Under the pieces are notes generated by a model. It had not been told where the DNA came from. It was given only the letters and a program-made list of their open reading frames with translations, and searched no databases. 64,000 nucleotides of DNA, from positions 96,001-160,000 of the forward strand of contig CAWDPO010000003.1 of assembly GCA_963804165.1 (NCBI GenBank), in the 5' to 3' direction. The stretch is from an uncultured delta proteobacterium. GTDB taxonomy: Bacteria > Desulfobacterota > Binatia > UBA9968. A program made the position numbers and the translations under genes. Shown here piece after piece: positions 30,672 to 39,113 of this stretch (its first letter is position 1; each line of letters opens with the position of its first letter).

Positions 30672-31739
30672 TTATATCTCGCTGAAAAAATAGGGCTTCA
30701 CGGGGGTGAGCTTCTCTTCGTAAGAATCCGGGTACATGAACCAAAGTGTCGCGGCGATGCTGCTCAGCAGCGAATTACCATCCTGCGGCGTGAAGCAGGT
30801 GCCGACGATTTCCTTGTCGCCACGCATCGCCAGGCTCTGCGTGACGATCACTGTTTGATTGAGAATCCTGCCGAACATGCCGTGATCGCGCCCGAACGAG
30901 AACACGGAAGCGGATGACTTTTTGTTGGTCAGAGCGACTCTCAAGTTGCCCTGCAGTCGGCGCATCAATTCATCTTTATTGATTCCCCTGCGTAGTTTCA
31001 GATTGAAGTGAATCGTGTGCATGTATTGCGTATTCAGCTTCAACGCGGAGGAGTAAATATCCAGATCCAGGCCCAGAGTTTTGAATAGATAATGGGCGTC
31101 GCGGCCCTGATGCGTGCCAAACTTAGGGTCGTCGTGTTTACCGGCTTCGGGAGCCGGGATGAAATCACCTTCCTGGCTTAGATCGTTGGCGCGGCGCATG
31201 CAGACAAAGCGGCTTTCCGCGAGGTTGTCTTCCTTTTCCGGGCCCAACGCGATGGTATCGATCAGTACTGCCAAGTTGTGGGTATTGCAGCTGACGACCT
31301 GAACGAACTGATCTTTGCCTCTCTCCAGCGCCCTATCATTGATGCCGCGCGCGTACTTTTTGCCGAAGCCGTCTTCACTGCCTTGTGCGATGAAACCGCG
31401 GCCATTTCCGGCGTACTTGTTATAGAGCTTTTCCTTGTTTTCGTTGCCCACCGGCGTGCAATCGATGATCACGCTGGCTCGCTCGATCGCTTCTTCAGCC
31501 TCGAGGCTGGGATGCATGCCCATTTCGACGAACTTTTGCCAACGATCTTTGTCAACGGCGAGCTTTGCGCCTTGATTGCAGGACACCATGACCTTGGATC
31601 GGTCGGTCAAAAGCGGAGTGCGCTTGTGAAAGGTCACCTCATCGATCCCAAATGGTTCCTTGAAGGTTGATAAAATACCGACCAGCGGTTCGCCGATGGT
31701 TCCGGTACCGACGATGTGAACGATTTTTTTCTGGGCCAT
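30672..31739 (-). CDS. Type II (archaeal-like) glyceraldehyde-3-phosphate dehydrogenase-like protein
   Basis: IVGTGTIG Rossmann motif, IIDCTP, FIAQGSE, VVSCNTHNL catalytic Cys, RRAND, HQGRDA; this follows the type II pattern, not the type I ASCTTNCL. Confidence 0.7.
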   Translation of the reverse strand: MAQKKIVHIVGTGTIGEPLVGILSTFKEPFGIDEVTFHKRTPLLTDRSKVMVSCNQGAKLAVDKDRWQKFVEMGMHPSLEAEEAIERASVIIDCTPVGNENKEKLYNKYAGNGRGFIAQGSEDGFGKKYARGINDRALERGKDQFVQVVSCNTHNLAVLIDTIALGPEKEDNLAESRFVCMRRANDLSQEGDFIPAPEAGKHDDPKFGTHQGRDAHYLFKTLGLDLDIYSSALKLNTQYMHTIHFNLKLRRGINKDELMRRLQGNLRVALTNKKSSASVFSFGRDHGMFGRILNQTVIVTQSLAMRGDKEIVGTCFTPQDGNSLLSSIAATLWFMYPDSYEEKLTPVKPYFFSEI

Positions 31740-31902
31740 GGTCTTCCGCCTCGTACTTTTGATAGGCGGATATTAGCCCAATAGCCGCGGACGATCAATA
31801 GAATTTTGTCATCCTGTTTGGTGGCTAGAGAGCGATTAGTTAAAGTATAGAGAGCTTAATCATGAGTCACATATGTGTTAGAACTTCCGTGGAGGAATTG
31901 AC

Positions 31903-33348
31903 ATGGCCACTGCAAATCTACCGGCGGCGTTTTTCGGCGACAATTTTGGCGTTAAGAGCAATGATCTGGAAAAAGTTCTCGATACCGCTTTAGCCAAGAA
32001 GGCGGACTACGCCGACCTCTATTTTGAGTATCGCCAAAACGAAGGCGTCAGTCTGGAAGAGGGGCTGGTGAAAAACTGCTCCCAGTCCACCGCCAATGGC
32101 GTGGGGGTTCGCGTCCTCGCCGACACTAAAACCGGATACGCTTACACCGACGATATCACCATTGAAAATTTAGAGCTTGCCGCGCGCACGGCACATTACA
32201 TCGCGCAAAACCGGCCGTCGGCGACCCCGGTGCCGGTCGGGCGGCAGCGCGGCGAGGCTCACGACCTCTATCCGATCAAAACACCGGTGAACGATGTCGC
32301 GCTGGAGAAAAAAGTCGAGTTGCTTTACGACATCGATAAATATGCACGAGGCTTGGATACGCGCGTTAAAAACGTCTTCGTGTCTCTTGGCAGTGAATAT
32401 AAAGTGATCCTCGTCGCTTCGTCCCAGGGTTTGGTCGTCGGTGATCTCCAGCCGCTAACGCGTCTCAACGTCACCTGTATCGTCGAGGAGGGCGGCAATC
32501 GGCAGATCGGCAGCTTTGGCGGCGGCGGGCGAGTCGAGTTCGGCTTTTTTGTCGACAACCGGGATTGGCAGCGTTACGCGGGTGAAGCGGTGCGCCAAGC
32601 GATCTTGAATTTGACCGCCATTGACGCGCCCGCTGGCACGATGGACGTAGTCCTCGGTTCGGGCTGGCCAGGCATATTGCTTCACGAAGCTATCGGCCAT
32701 GGCCTGGAAGGCGATTTTAACCGCAAAAAGACTTCGGCGTTTTCTGATCGCATCGGCCAGAAAGTGGCGTCCGAATTATGCACCGTGGTCGATGACGGCA
32801 CGATCCCGTCCCGCCGTGGCTCGATCAACGTCGACGACGAGGGCACGCCGACGCATCGGACCGTGCTGATCGAAAATGGCATCCTCAAAGGCTACTTGCA
32901 GGACAAACTCAACGCCGGCCTGATGAAGATGCCGCTGACCGGCAACGGCCGGCGCGAAAGCTACGCGCACATTCCCATGCCGCGCATGACCAACACGTTT
33001 ATGCTCGCCGGCCAGTCGGCGCCGGAAGACATCGTCGGTTCGGTGAAAAAGGGACTCTACGCGGTTTCCTTCGGCGGCGGGCAAGTCGACATCACGAGCG
33101 GCAAGTTCGTTTTCTCAGCGAGCGAAGCGTATCTCATCGAAGACGGCAAGGTCACTCAGCCGGTGAAGGGCGCGACGCTGATCGGCAACGGTCCGGACGT
33201 CCTCACGCGCGTATCGATGGTTGGCTCGGATCTAAAACTGGACGAGGGCGTAGGCACCTGCGGCAAGGACGGACAATCGGTGCCGGTCGGCGTAGGCATG
33301 CCGACGATCAAGATCGACGGATTAACCGTGGGGGGGACGCGGGCGTAA
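31903..33348 (+). CDS. tldD: Metalloprotease TldD
   Basis: ADYADLYFE, LLHEAIGHGLEGDFNRK, TGNGRRESY, MPRMTNT, CGKDGQSVPVGVG. Confidence 0.95.
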   Translation: MATANLPAAFFGDNFGVKSNDLEKVLDTALAKKADYADLYFEYRQNEGVSLEEGLVKNCSQSTANGVGVRVLADTKTGYAYTDDITIENLELAARTAHYIAQNRPSATPVPVGRQRGEAHDLYPIKTPVNDVALEKKVELLYDIDKYARGLDTRVKNVFVSLGSEYKVILVASSQGLVVGDLQPLTRLNVTCIVEEGGNRQIGSFGGGGRVEFGFFVDNRDWQRYAGEAVRQAILNLTAIDAPAGTMDVVLGSGWPGILLHEAIGHGLEGDFNRKKTSAFSDRIGQKVASELCTVVDDGTIPSRRGSINVDDEGTPTHRTVLIENGILKGYLQDKLNAGLMKMPLTGNGRRESYAHIPMPRMTNTFMLAGQSAPEDIVGSVKKGLYAVSFGGGQVDITSGKFVFSASEAYLIEDGKVTQPVKGATLIGNGPDVLTRVSMVGSDLKLDEGVGTCGKDGQSVPVGVGMPTIKIDGLTVGGTRA

Positions 33349-33356
33349 CGGCTAAA

Positions 33357-33480
33357 GTTCCAATCGTTCCAAATGTTTCAATCGTTCCAATAGTTCATGA
33401 ATTGAAAATCCGAAACGATTGGAACCGCTGGAACGAATGGAACGTCTGGAACGCGGGTGAAAACATGGAACGACTGGAAC
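33357..33480. repeat. Inverted array of 9-nt units between tldD and tldE, overlapping the tldE start
   Basis: gttccaatc gttccaaat gtttcaatc gttccaata ... gattggaac cgctggaac gaatggaac gtctggaac ... catggaac gactggaac. Confidence 0.85.
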
Positions 33481-34820
33481 TAAGCCAACAATTGGGCCGG
33501 GATATTTTATCGATGGCCAAAGCCAAAGGCGCGTCGCAGGGCGACGTCGTGATGGCGGAGAGCGAATCGTTCTTCGTCACCGTGCGCATGGGCGAGGTCG
33601 AGAAGATCAGCCAGGCGGGCGAAAAGCGCTTGGGGTTACGGCTATTCTTCGCCAATAGTTCAGCTTCGGCATCGACATCGGATATTTCGCAGAAATCGAT
33701 TGAGAAGCTGGTCGACGATACCGCGCGAATGGCTAAAGTGACGGCGCAAGATCCGCATGGCGGTTTACCGGACGCGGCGGATCTCGCGCGCGAGGTGCCG
33801 CAGCTGGATTTGCTCGATGATTCGGCACGCGCGGTTTCCGTCGACGAGAAGATTCAGATCGCGCTCGATGCCGAGAAAACCGCTCTGAGTTACGATCCGC
33901 GCATTACGAATTCCGAGGGCGCGGAGTTTTCTAACCAATTCGGCCGGGTGATTTACGCGAGCAGCCACGGCTTTTCCGGCGAGTACTCCGGCTCGACATT
34001 CGGCCACTCCGTCTCACCCATCGCCGCGCAGAATGGATCCATGCAGCGCGACTATTGGTACTCGTCGAACCGAAAATTTGCCAAGCTGGATTCGCCAAAG
34101 ACCGTCGGCGACCGGGCCGCGCAGCGTGTGCTGCGAAGACTCGGCGCGCGCAAGGTAAAAACCTGCGAAGTCCCGATCGTCTTCGATCCGGAAATGGCGG
34201 CGTCGCTGATTCGCAATCTATCGTCCGCCTTATCCGGTTACGCACTGTATAAGGGCGCGTCGTTTTTGATCGGGAAGCTAGGAACTAGCATAGGCTCGGA
34301 ATTTCTTACAGTGATCGATGACGCGACAATTCCGGGCGCACTCGGCTCGCGGCCGTTCGACGCCGAGGGACTGCCGACGCGGAAAAAATCGGTTGTGGAG
34401 CGGGGTGAGCTCAAGAGTTACTTGCTCGATACCTATAGCGGTAAGAAACTCGGGATGAAATCCACCGGCAATGCTTCTCGTTCCGTGGGCGAACCGCCCG
34501 GAGTTTCCCCTGCCAATTTTCATCTCGTTCCCGGCAAAGATTCACCGGAGCGTATCGTCAAGTCCGTGAAGGCCGGTTTGTACGTGACTGAGATGATCGG
34601 CTTCGGCGTCAACATGGTCACGGGCGACTACTCCCGCGGCGCCGCCGGCCAGTGGATCGAAAACGGCGAGTTCGCTTATCCCGTCGAAGAGATCACGATT
34701 GCCGGCAACCTCAAAGAGATGTTTCAGAACATTGAGATGGTCGGCAACGATCTCGAAATGCGCGGGCGGATAGCGTCGCCGACGATCAAGATCTCGCAGA
34801 TGACGGTAGCGGGGGACTGA
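33465..34820 (+). CDS. pmbA: TldE/PmbA
   Basis: MQRDYWY, SRPFDAEG, STGNA, GVNMVTGDYSRGA, EITIAGNL; follows tldD. Start set at ATG 33465. Confidence 0.92.
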   Translation: MERLELSQQLGRDILSMAKAKGASQGDVVMAESESFFVTVRMGEVEKISQAGEKRLGLRLFFANSSASASTSDISQKSIEKLVDDTARMAKVTAQDPHGGLPDAADLAREVPQLDLLDDSARAVSVDEKIQIALDAEKTALSYDPRITNSEGAEFSNQFGRVIYASSHGFSGEYSGSTFGHSVSPIAAQNGSMQRDYWYSSNRKFAKLDSPKTVGDRAAQRVLRRLGARKVKTCEVPIVFDPEMAASLIRNLSSALSGYALYKGASFLIGKLGTSIGSEFLTVIDDATIPGALGSRPFDAEGLPTRKKSVVERGELKSYLLDTYSGKKLGMKSTGNASRSVGEPPGVSPANFHLVPGKDSPERIVKSVKAGLYVTEMIGFGVNMVTGDYSRGAAGQWIENGEFAYPVEEITIAGNLKEMFQNIEMVGNDLEMRGRIASPTIKISQMTVAGD

Positions 34821-34826
34821 AAGCTC

Positions 34827-34868
34827 GGTTCAAGGTTCCACGTTCAAGGTTCAAGGTTAAAGGTTAAC
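34827..34868. repeat. Tandem 7-nt units (GGTTCAA x6), single arm
   Basis: ggttcaa ggttcca cgttcaa ggttcaa ggttaaa ggttaac between convergent genes. Confidence 0.8.
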
Positions 34869-34878
34869 CCGTGAAGTT

Positions 34879-35085
34879 CTACAGCACCTGAAATCCCGCC
34901 TTCAACGCGGCGCGCAAAAAATCGTCGATGTGAGATTGGCTTGGATCGAATTCGATCACGGCGACGCTCCGCTCTAAACTAAAATCAATCTTCGTTACGC
35001 CCGGTAACTCAAAAGCGGCGCGCAGGCGCGGTGTATCCTCCGTTTTTAAATTCGCGATTGAGAGTATGGCCGTTTTTGTGCTCAT
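34879..35085 (-). CDS. HMA-fold small protein lacking CxxC
   Basis: 68 aa; LPGVTKIDFSLERSVAVIEFDP...ALKAGFQV matches the heavy-metal-associated fold pattern; no Cys present. Confidence 0.65.
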   Translation of the reverse strand: MSTKTAILSIANLKTEDTPRLRAAFELPGVTKIDFSLERSVAVIEFDPSQSHIDDFLRAALKAGFQVL

Positions 35086-35300
35086 CTTGCCTTGCTTGTT
35101 TTTGAATTTGACAAAACTTTCCTGGATTCGCAACCGATCGCGCTCTTAGTGGATCAGTTAAATCGCTAAAAGTCACCGTTTGCTGCGTAATTTTCTTGAC
35201 GTTCGCCGCCTGGATATGTGACATTAAGCGCGCTGATACTGCTTCAGGCGCAACGTTTCGATTCAAAAGATTTGCGACAATCTAAAAAGGAGGGGCGAAC

Positions 35301-35732
35301 ATGGCGTACGATGTGGCCAAGCTTTTGACCATGACCCAGGCTGAGCTCGACACTCTTTTCACCAACAGTCTCGTCGGCGATATCCCGGATGGAGAGGCAG
35401 ACGGCACCGCGATCGTCGCGCCCGGGACTCATTTCAGTCCGACCATCGCCAAATTCATAAGTTTCTTCGCATGGCAGGGAAAAGTTTTTGACGCGAAAAA
35501 GGGTGTTCTGAAAAACCGAATATCTCCTTTCGGGCTGAACGCGATCATCGCCAAGGTCTACAAGGGACCGAGCTGGCTCGACGGGAAGGAATGCATCGTT
35601 TTGGATTATTCCGACACATCGACCGTGGCGCAGTGGATCAGGGATGAGATCCGTCAAATTGAGCCTGGGTTGTATTTGGGAAAAGTCTACTGGGACAAGA
35701 GCCGGTTGATCGATTTCGCGTTGAAGTTTTGA
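35301..35732 (+). CDS. Conserved hypothetical protein (143 aa)
   Basis: AAGGAGG RBS; WQGKVFD, GPSWLDGKECIVLDY, IRDEIRQIEPGLYLG; resembles small proteins seen near flavin/heme oxidases (recollection, not a search result). Confidence 0.75.
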   Translation: MAYDVAKLLTMTQAELDTLFTNSLVGDIPDGEADGTAIVAPGTHFSPTIAKFISFFAWQGKVFDAKKGVLKNRISPFGLNAIIAKVYKGPSWLDGKECIVLDYSDTSTVAQWIRDEIRQIEPGLYLGKVYWDKSRLIDFALKF

Positions 35733-35985
35733 GGGGCTGAGAGGCGGCGATTAGAAATCAATCATTCGCCACGCGAGCGACACCCGGAGACGCTTCGTGC
35801 GGATAACTCGCCGCCACTTTCCCGAACCACTTAAATCACGCGTCAAAAGTATTTTTCTGCCGTTCAACAGTGAAACCTTGGGTTTTGTTCGATCAAAGAT
35901 TAACAACGCTTGAAGCATTGGCTTCCTGGCGCGGGCGCCTGGGCGATGTGAATTCGCTCGAGACGGTCGTGGCGGATGACGGCTT

Positions 35986-37509
35986 ATGGACGAAAGAACC
36001 TCTATGTCGCCCACCCAACGTTTTCTAAACCTAATCGGATTGTTTACGGTTGCTGCGTTGGTTGTCGCGCTTTTGGCAGGCGCGTGGCTGTTGGGCCGCT
36101 TCGGTGCCGATAGGCCTGTCGTTTACAAAGACGATCTCGATCACTTCAAATATGGATCGCTCGGCAGCGAGCATGAGTTCGGCGTGCCTTATTGGATTTG
36201 GCGCGCCTTGCCGGAACTTTTTGCCGACAAGCTTCCCGGCAAAGGATTGGAGTCCCTCGGTTTCGTTTTCGAGAAGGGCAAAGTATTGCCCGCCGGCATG
36301 TCACAGCGGCGCTATCTCGGATTCGATTTAGTCTGGTTGAACTGCGCTATCTGTCACACCGGCACGGTGCGCGAGTCACCACAGAGCGCGCCGAAGGTCT
36401 ACGCGGCCATGCCTGCCAATACTTTTGATTTTCGTGCTTTCACGCGATTTCTCTTCGCCGCGGGCGAAGACCGACGCTTTACTCCGCGCGACATCATACG
36501 CCAGATCAACGTCATTCGGCGCCGTGAGGGGCTGAGGGATCTGCCGCTGATCGAGCGGTTGGTGTTTCGCTTCTACGCCATTTACTACATGCGCGAGCGG
36601 TTGCTTACACTGCGGGATCGATTGAATTTTATCAAAGAAGAGCCGGAATGGGGCCCGGGGCGGGTGGATACTTTCAATCCGCTGAAGGCCTATTTCAATT
36701 TTCCGCCCGAGAAGTTGTCTAAGGAAGAACGCATCGGTACGACGGATTTCCCGTCGATTTGGTACCAAGGTCAGCGTGAGACACTGAAGATGAATCTCCA
36801 CTGGGACGGCAACAATGTTTCTCTCGAGGAGCGCAACCGTAGCGCCGCCATGGGCACCGGCATTACACCGCCTACAGGGGATCGGCCGAGCTTAAAACGC
36901 GTCGCCGATTGGCTGCGCGACCTCGCCTCGCCGCCCTATCCATTCAAAATCGACAAGGATATCGCTGCGCAGGGCGCACCGATTTACAAGAAATACTGCG
37001 CCGAGTGCCATGGCGCCGACGGCAAGGATTTCCGCGGCGAATACGCCGGCAAAGTCGTGCCGATCGACGAAATCGGTACGGACCGGCATCGATTGGATTC
37101 TTACACTTACGACGTCGCGGTCAACCAAAACATGATTTTTGCCGGCTACGGCGACGAGCGCTTCAGCCACTTCCGCAAGACCTTCGGATATGCCAACAGC
37201 CCGCTGGATGGCTTGTGGCTGCGGGCGCCGTATTTGCACAACGGCTCCGTACCCACGCTGCGGGATTTGCTCGAACCTAGCGCTAAGCGGCCGAAAACTT
37301 TTTATCGCGGCTACGACGTCTATGATCAGAAAAGAGTCGGTTTCGTCGGCGATGTTGCGGAGGAGAAGGGCAAGAAGTTTTTTCTTTTCGATACCGATGA
37401 GACCAAGCAGCCGGGCAATTCCAACAAAGGGCACGAGGGAAAGCGCTTTGGCACCGAGCTGTCTACTGCCGAGAAAGACACTCTGGTTGAATATCTCAAG
37501 ACTTTCTAG
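35986..37509 (+). CDS. Membrane-anchored di-heme cytochrome c, RoxA/CcP-like (paralog A)
   Basis: N-terminal TM; CAICH and CAECH; IGTDRHRL; WLRAPYLHNGSVPTL; NKGHE; EYLKTF. Confidence 0.85.
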   Translation: MDERTSMSPTQRFLNLIGLFTVAALVVALLAGAWLLGRFGADRPVVYKDDLDHFKYGSLGSEHEFGVPYWIWRALPELFADKLPGKGLESLGFVFEKGKVLPAGMSQRRYLGFDLVWLNCAICHTGTVRESPQSAPKVYAAMPANTFDFRAFTRFLFAAGEDRRFTPRDIIRQINVIRRREGLRDLPLIERLVFRFYAIYYMRERLLTLRDRLNFIKEEPEWGPGRVDTFNPLKAYFNFPPEKLSKEERIGTTDFPSIWYQGQRETLKMNLHWDGNNVSLEERNRSAAMGTGITPPTGDRPSLKRVADWLRDLASPPYPFKIDKDIAAQGAPIYKKYCAECHGADGKDFRGEYAGKVVPIDEIGTDRHRLDSYTYDVAVNQNMIFAGYGDERFSHFRKTFGYANSPLDGLWLRAPYLHNGSVPTLRDLLEPSAKRPKTFYRGYDVYDQKRVGFVGDVAEEKGKKFFLFDTDETKQPGNSNKGHEGKRFGTELSTAEKDTLVEYLKTF

Positions 37510-37560
37510 ATCGCCGATTCGTGCTGCGGAATAGCGGAATAATGGACGGAGGTAGGAAGG

Positions 37561-39024
37561 ATGGCTGACGCGCAGAAAAAGAAATCGTGGTGGAAAATTT
37601 GTTTGCTGCTTGTTGTTGTCCTGGCGGCAGTCGGCGGGGCCATCGGCTGGTACAAGTTCTTTCGCGAGGAGCCGCAGCCGGATTGGGTAACGGCGACACC
37701 GGACATGCGCTTCAAGTACGGCTCCATTGGCGCCGAGCACGACGCCGGCATCCCATACTGGATTTTCTTCGTGATGCCCCGCATGTTTCCGGAAAAATTG
37801 CCCGGCCCGGGCGGATACGCCTCGTTGGGCGTCGCATGGGAACAGGGACAAGAACTACCGGTTGGTTTCACCAAGAAAGTCATAGGGTTTCCGCGCGTAG
37901 CGAATAATTGCGCGTCCTGCCACGTGGCGAGCTATCGCAAGAGCGCCAGTGACAGTCCGGTATTCGTACCGACCGGACCGAACCATACGCTCAACCTTCA
38001 GGCGTTCTTTCGCTTCGTCGTTGATTGCGCCAAGGATCCACGCTTTAACGCAGACGAGATCATGAGTGAGATCGCGCTTGTTTACAAAATGCCCGTGCTC
38101 GATAAATTGATCTATCGCTACCTGTTGATCCCGATCACCAAAAAGCGCTTGCTCGAGCGCGAGAAGCAATTTCAATGGGTCTATCACAAGGAGTTTCCGC
38201 TGTGGGGCCGCGGGCGCGACGATGCCATGAATCTCACCAAATATTTTTTACTCAACTGGCCGATGGACGACAGTATCGGCCCCACCGATATGCCGTCGGT
38301 ATGGAATCTCAACAAGTACAAGCCGGAGAAGGGTATGCTGATGAATCTCGCCGGCGACAGCCACGACGCGCGCTCGGTGATTATCGACTCGGCGCTCGGA
38401 TTGCTCAGCGCCGCGCCGCACAACCGCGAGGAATTTCTGGAGCAAATCGATTGGCTGGTAAAATATCTGGGCGAAAAGCAAGCTCCTAAATTCCCGTTTC
38501 CGATCAATCCGGCGCAAGCCGATGCCGGCAAGGCCGTTTTCGACAGCAATTGCGCTCGTTGTCACGCCAGCGAGCGCACCGGCACGCGCGTGCCGGCGGA
38601 GGAGATCGGCACGGATCGCGAGCGGCTCAAAACTTGGAGCAAGCAGGCTGCGATCGAATCGAACAAGGTGGTGCGCAATTTCGGCATCGAGCGACGCGGT
38701 CTCGTGGAGATCGAACCGAGCGGCTACATCGCGGCGTTTCTCGACGGCATTTGGCTGCGGGCGCCGTATCTACACAACGGTTCGGTGCCCACGCTGCGCG
38801 ACATGCTCAAACCGGTCGCCGAGCGACCGAAAGTATTTTATCGCGGCTATGATGTTTATGATCCGGTCGATGTCGGGTTTGTGACGCAAGGCGCCGAAGC
38901 CGAGCGGGTGGGGACGAAGTACGATGTGAGCCAGCGTGCCAGCGGCAACCAAGGGCACGAATTCGGCATCAGCTTGTCCGCCAAGGAAAAGGACGCGCTG
39001 ATCGAGTATTTGAAGACGCTGTGA
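37561..39024 (+). CDS. Membrane-anchored di-heme cytochrome c, RoxA/CcP-like (paralog B)
   Basis: N-terminal TM; CASCH and CARCH; IGTDRERL; WLRAPYLHNGSVPTL; NQGHE; EYLKTL. Confidence 0.85.
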   Translation: MADAQKKKSWWKICLLLVVVLAAVGGAIGWYKFFREEPQPDWVTATPDMRFKYGSIGAEHDAGIPYWIFFVMPRMFPEKLPGPGGYASLGVAWEQGQELPVGFTKKVIGFPRVANNCASCHVASYRKSASDSPVFVPTGPNHTLNLQAFFRFVVDCAKDPRFNADEIMSEIALVYKMPVLDKLIYRYLLIPITKKRLLEREKQFQWVYHKEFPLWGRGRDDAMNLTKYFLLNWPMDDSIGPTDMPSVWNLNKYKPEKGMLMNLAGDSHDARSVIIDSALGLLSAAPHNREEFLEQIDWLVKYLGEKQAPKFPFPINPAQADAGKAVFDSNCARCHASERTGTRVPAEEIGTDRERLKTWSKQAAIESNKVVRNFGIERRGLVEIEPSGYIAAFLDGIWLRAPYLHNGSVPTLRDMLKPVAERPKVFYRGYDVYDPVDVGFVTQGAEAERVGTKYDVSQRASGNQGHEFGISLSAKEKDALIEYLKTL

Positions 39025-39113
39025 CGGCTCGGGGTCTATTGGGACAGATCGGTCCGCTGAAAGCGGAGTGGACTTTTGCTTGCGCGGTAACGCCGATGTT
39101 GAGGGGAGTAAGA

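Noticed and set aside
33402-33464. Trp/Asn-rich N-terminal extension of TldE (WNRWNEWNVWN) as a real peptide or Trp sensor
   Set aside because: It is the in-frame translation of the 9-nt repeat arm; the PmbA-like sequence begins at about 33465.
33357-33480. Repeat arrays as a CRISPR array
   Set aside because: Units are 7-9 nt, degenerate and contiguous, with no unique spacers and no cas genes in the window.
31903-34820. TldD/E as part of a RiPP cluster
   Set aside because: No precursor peptide or YcaO/modifying enzymes nearby; tldDE is commonly a housekeeping pair.
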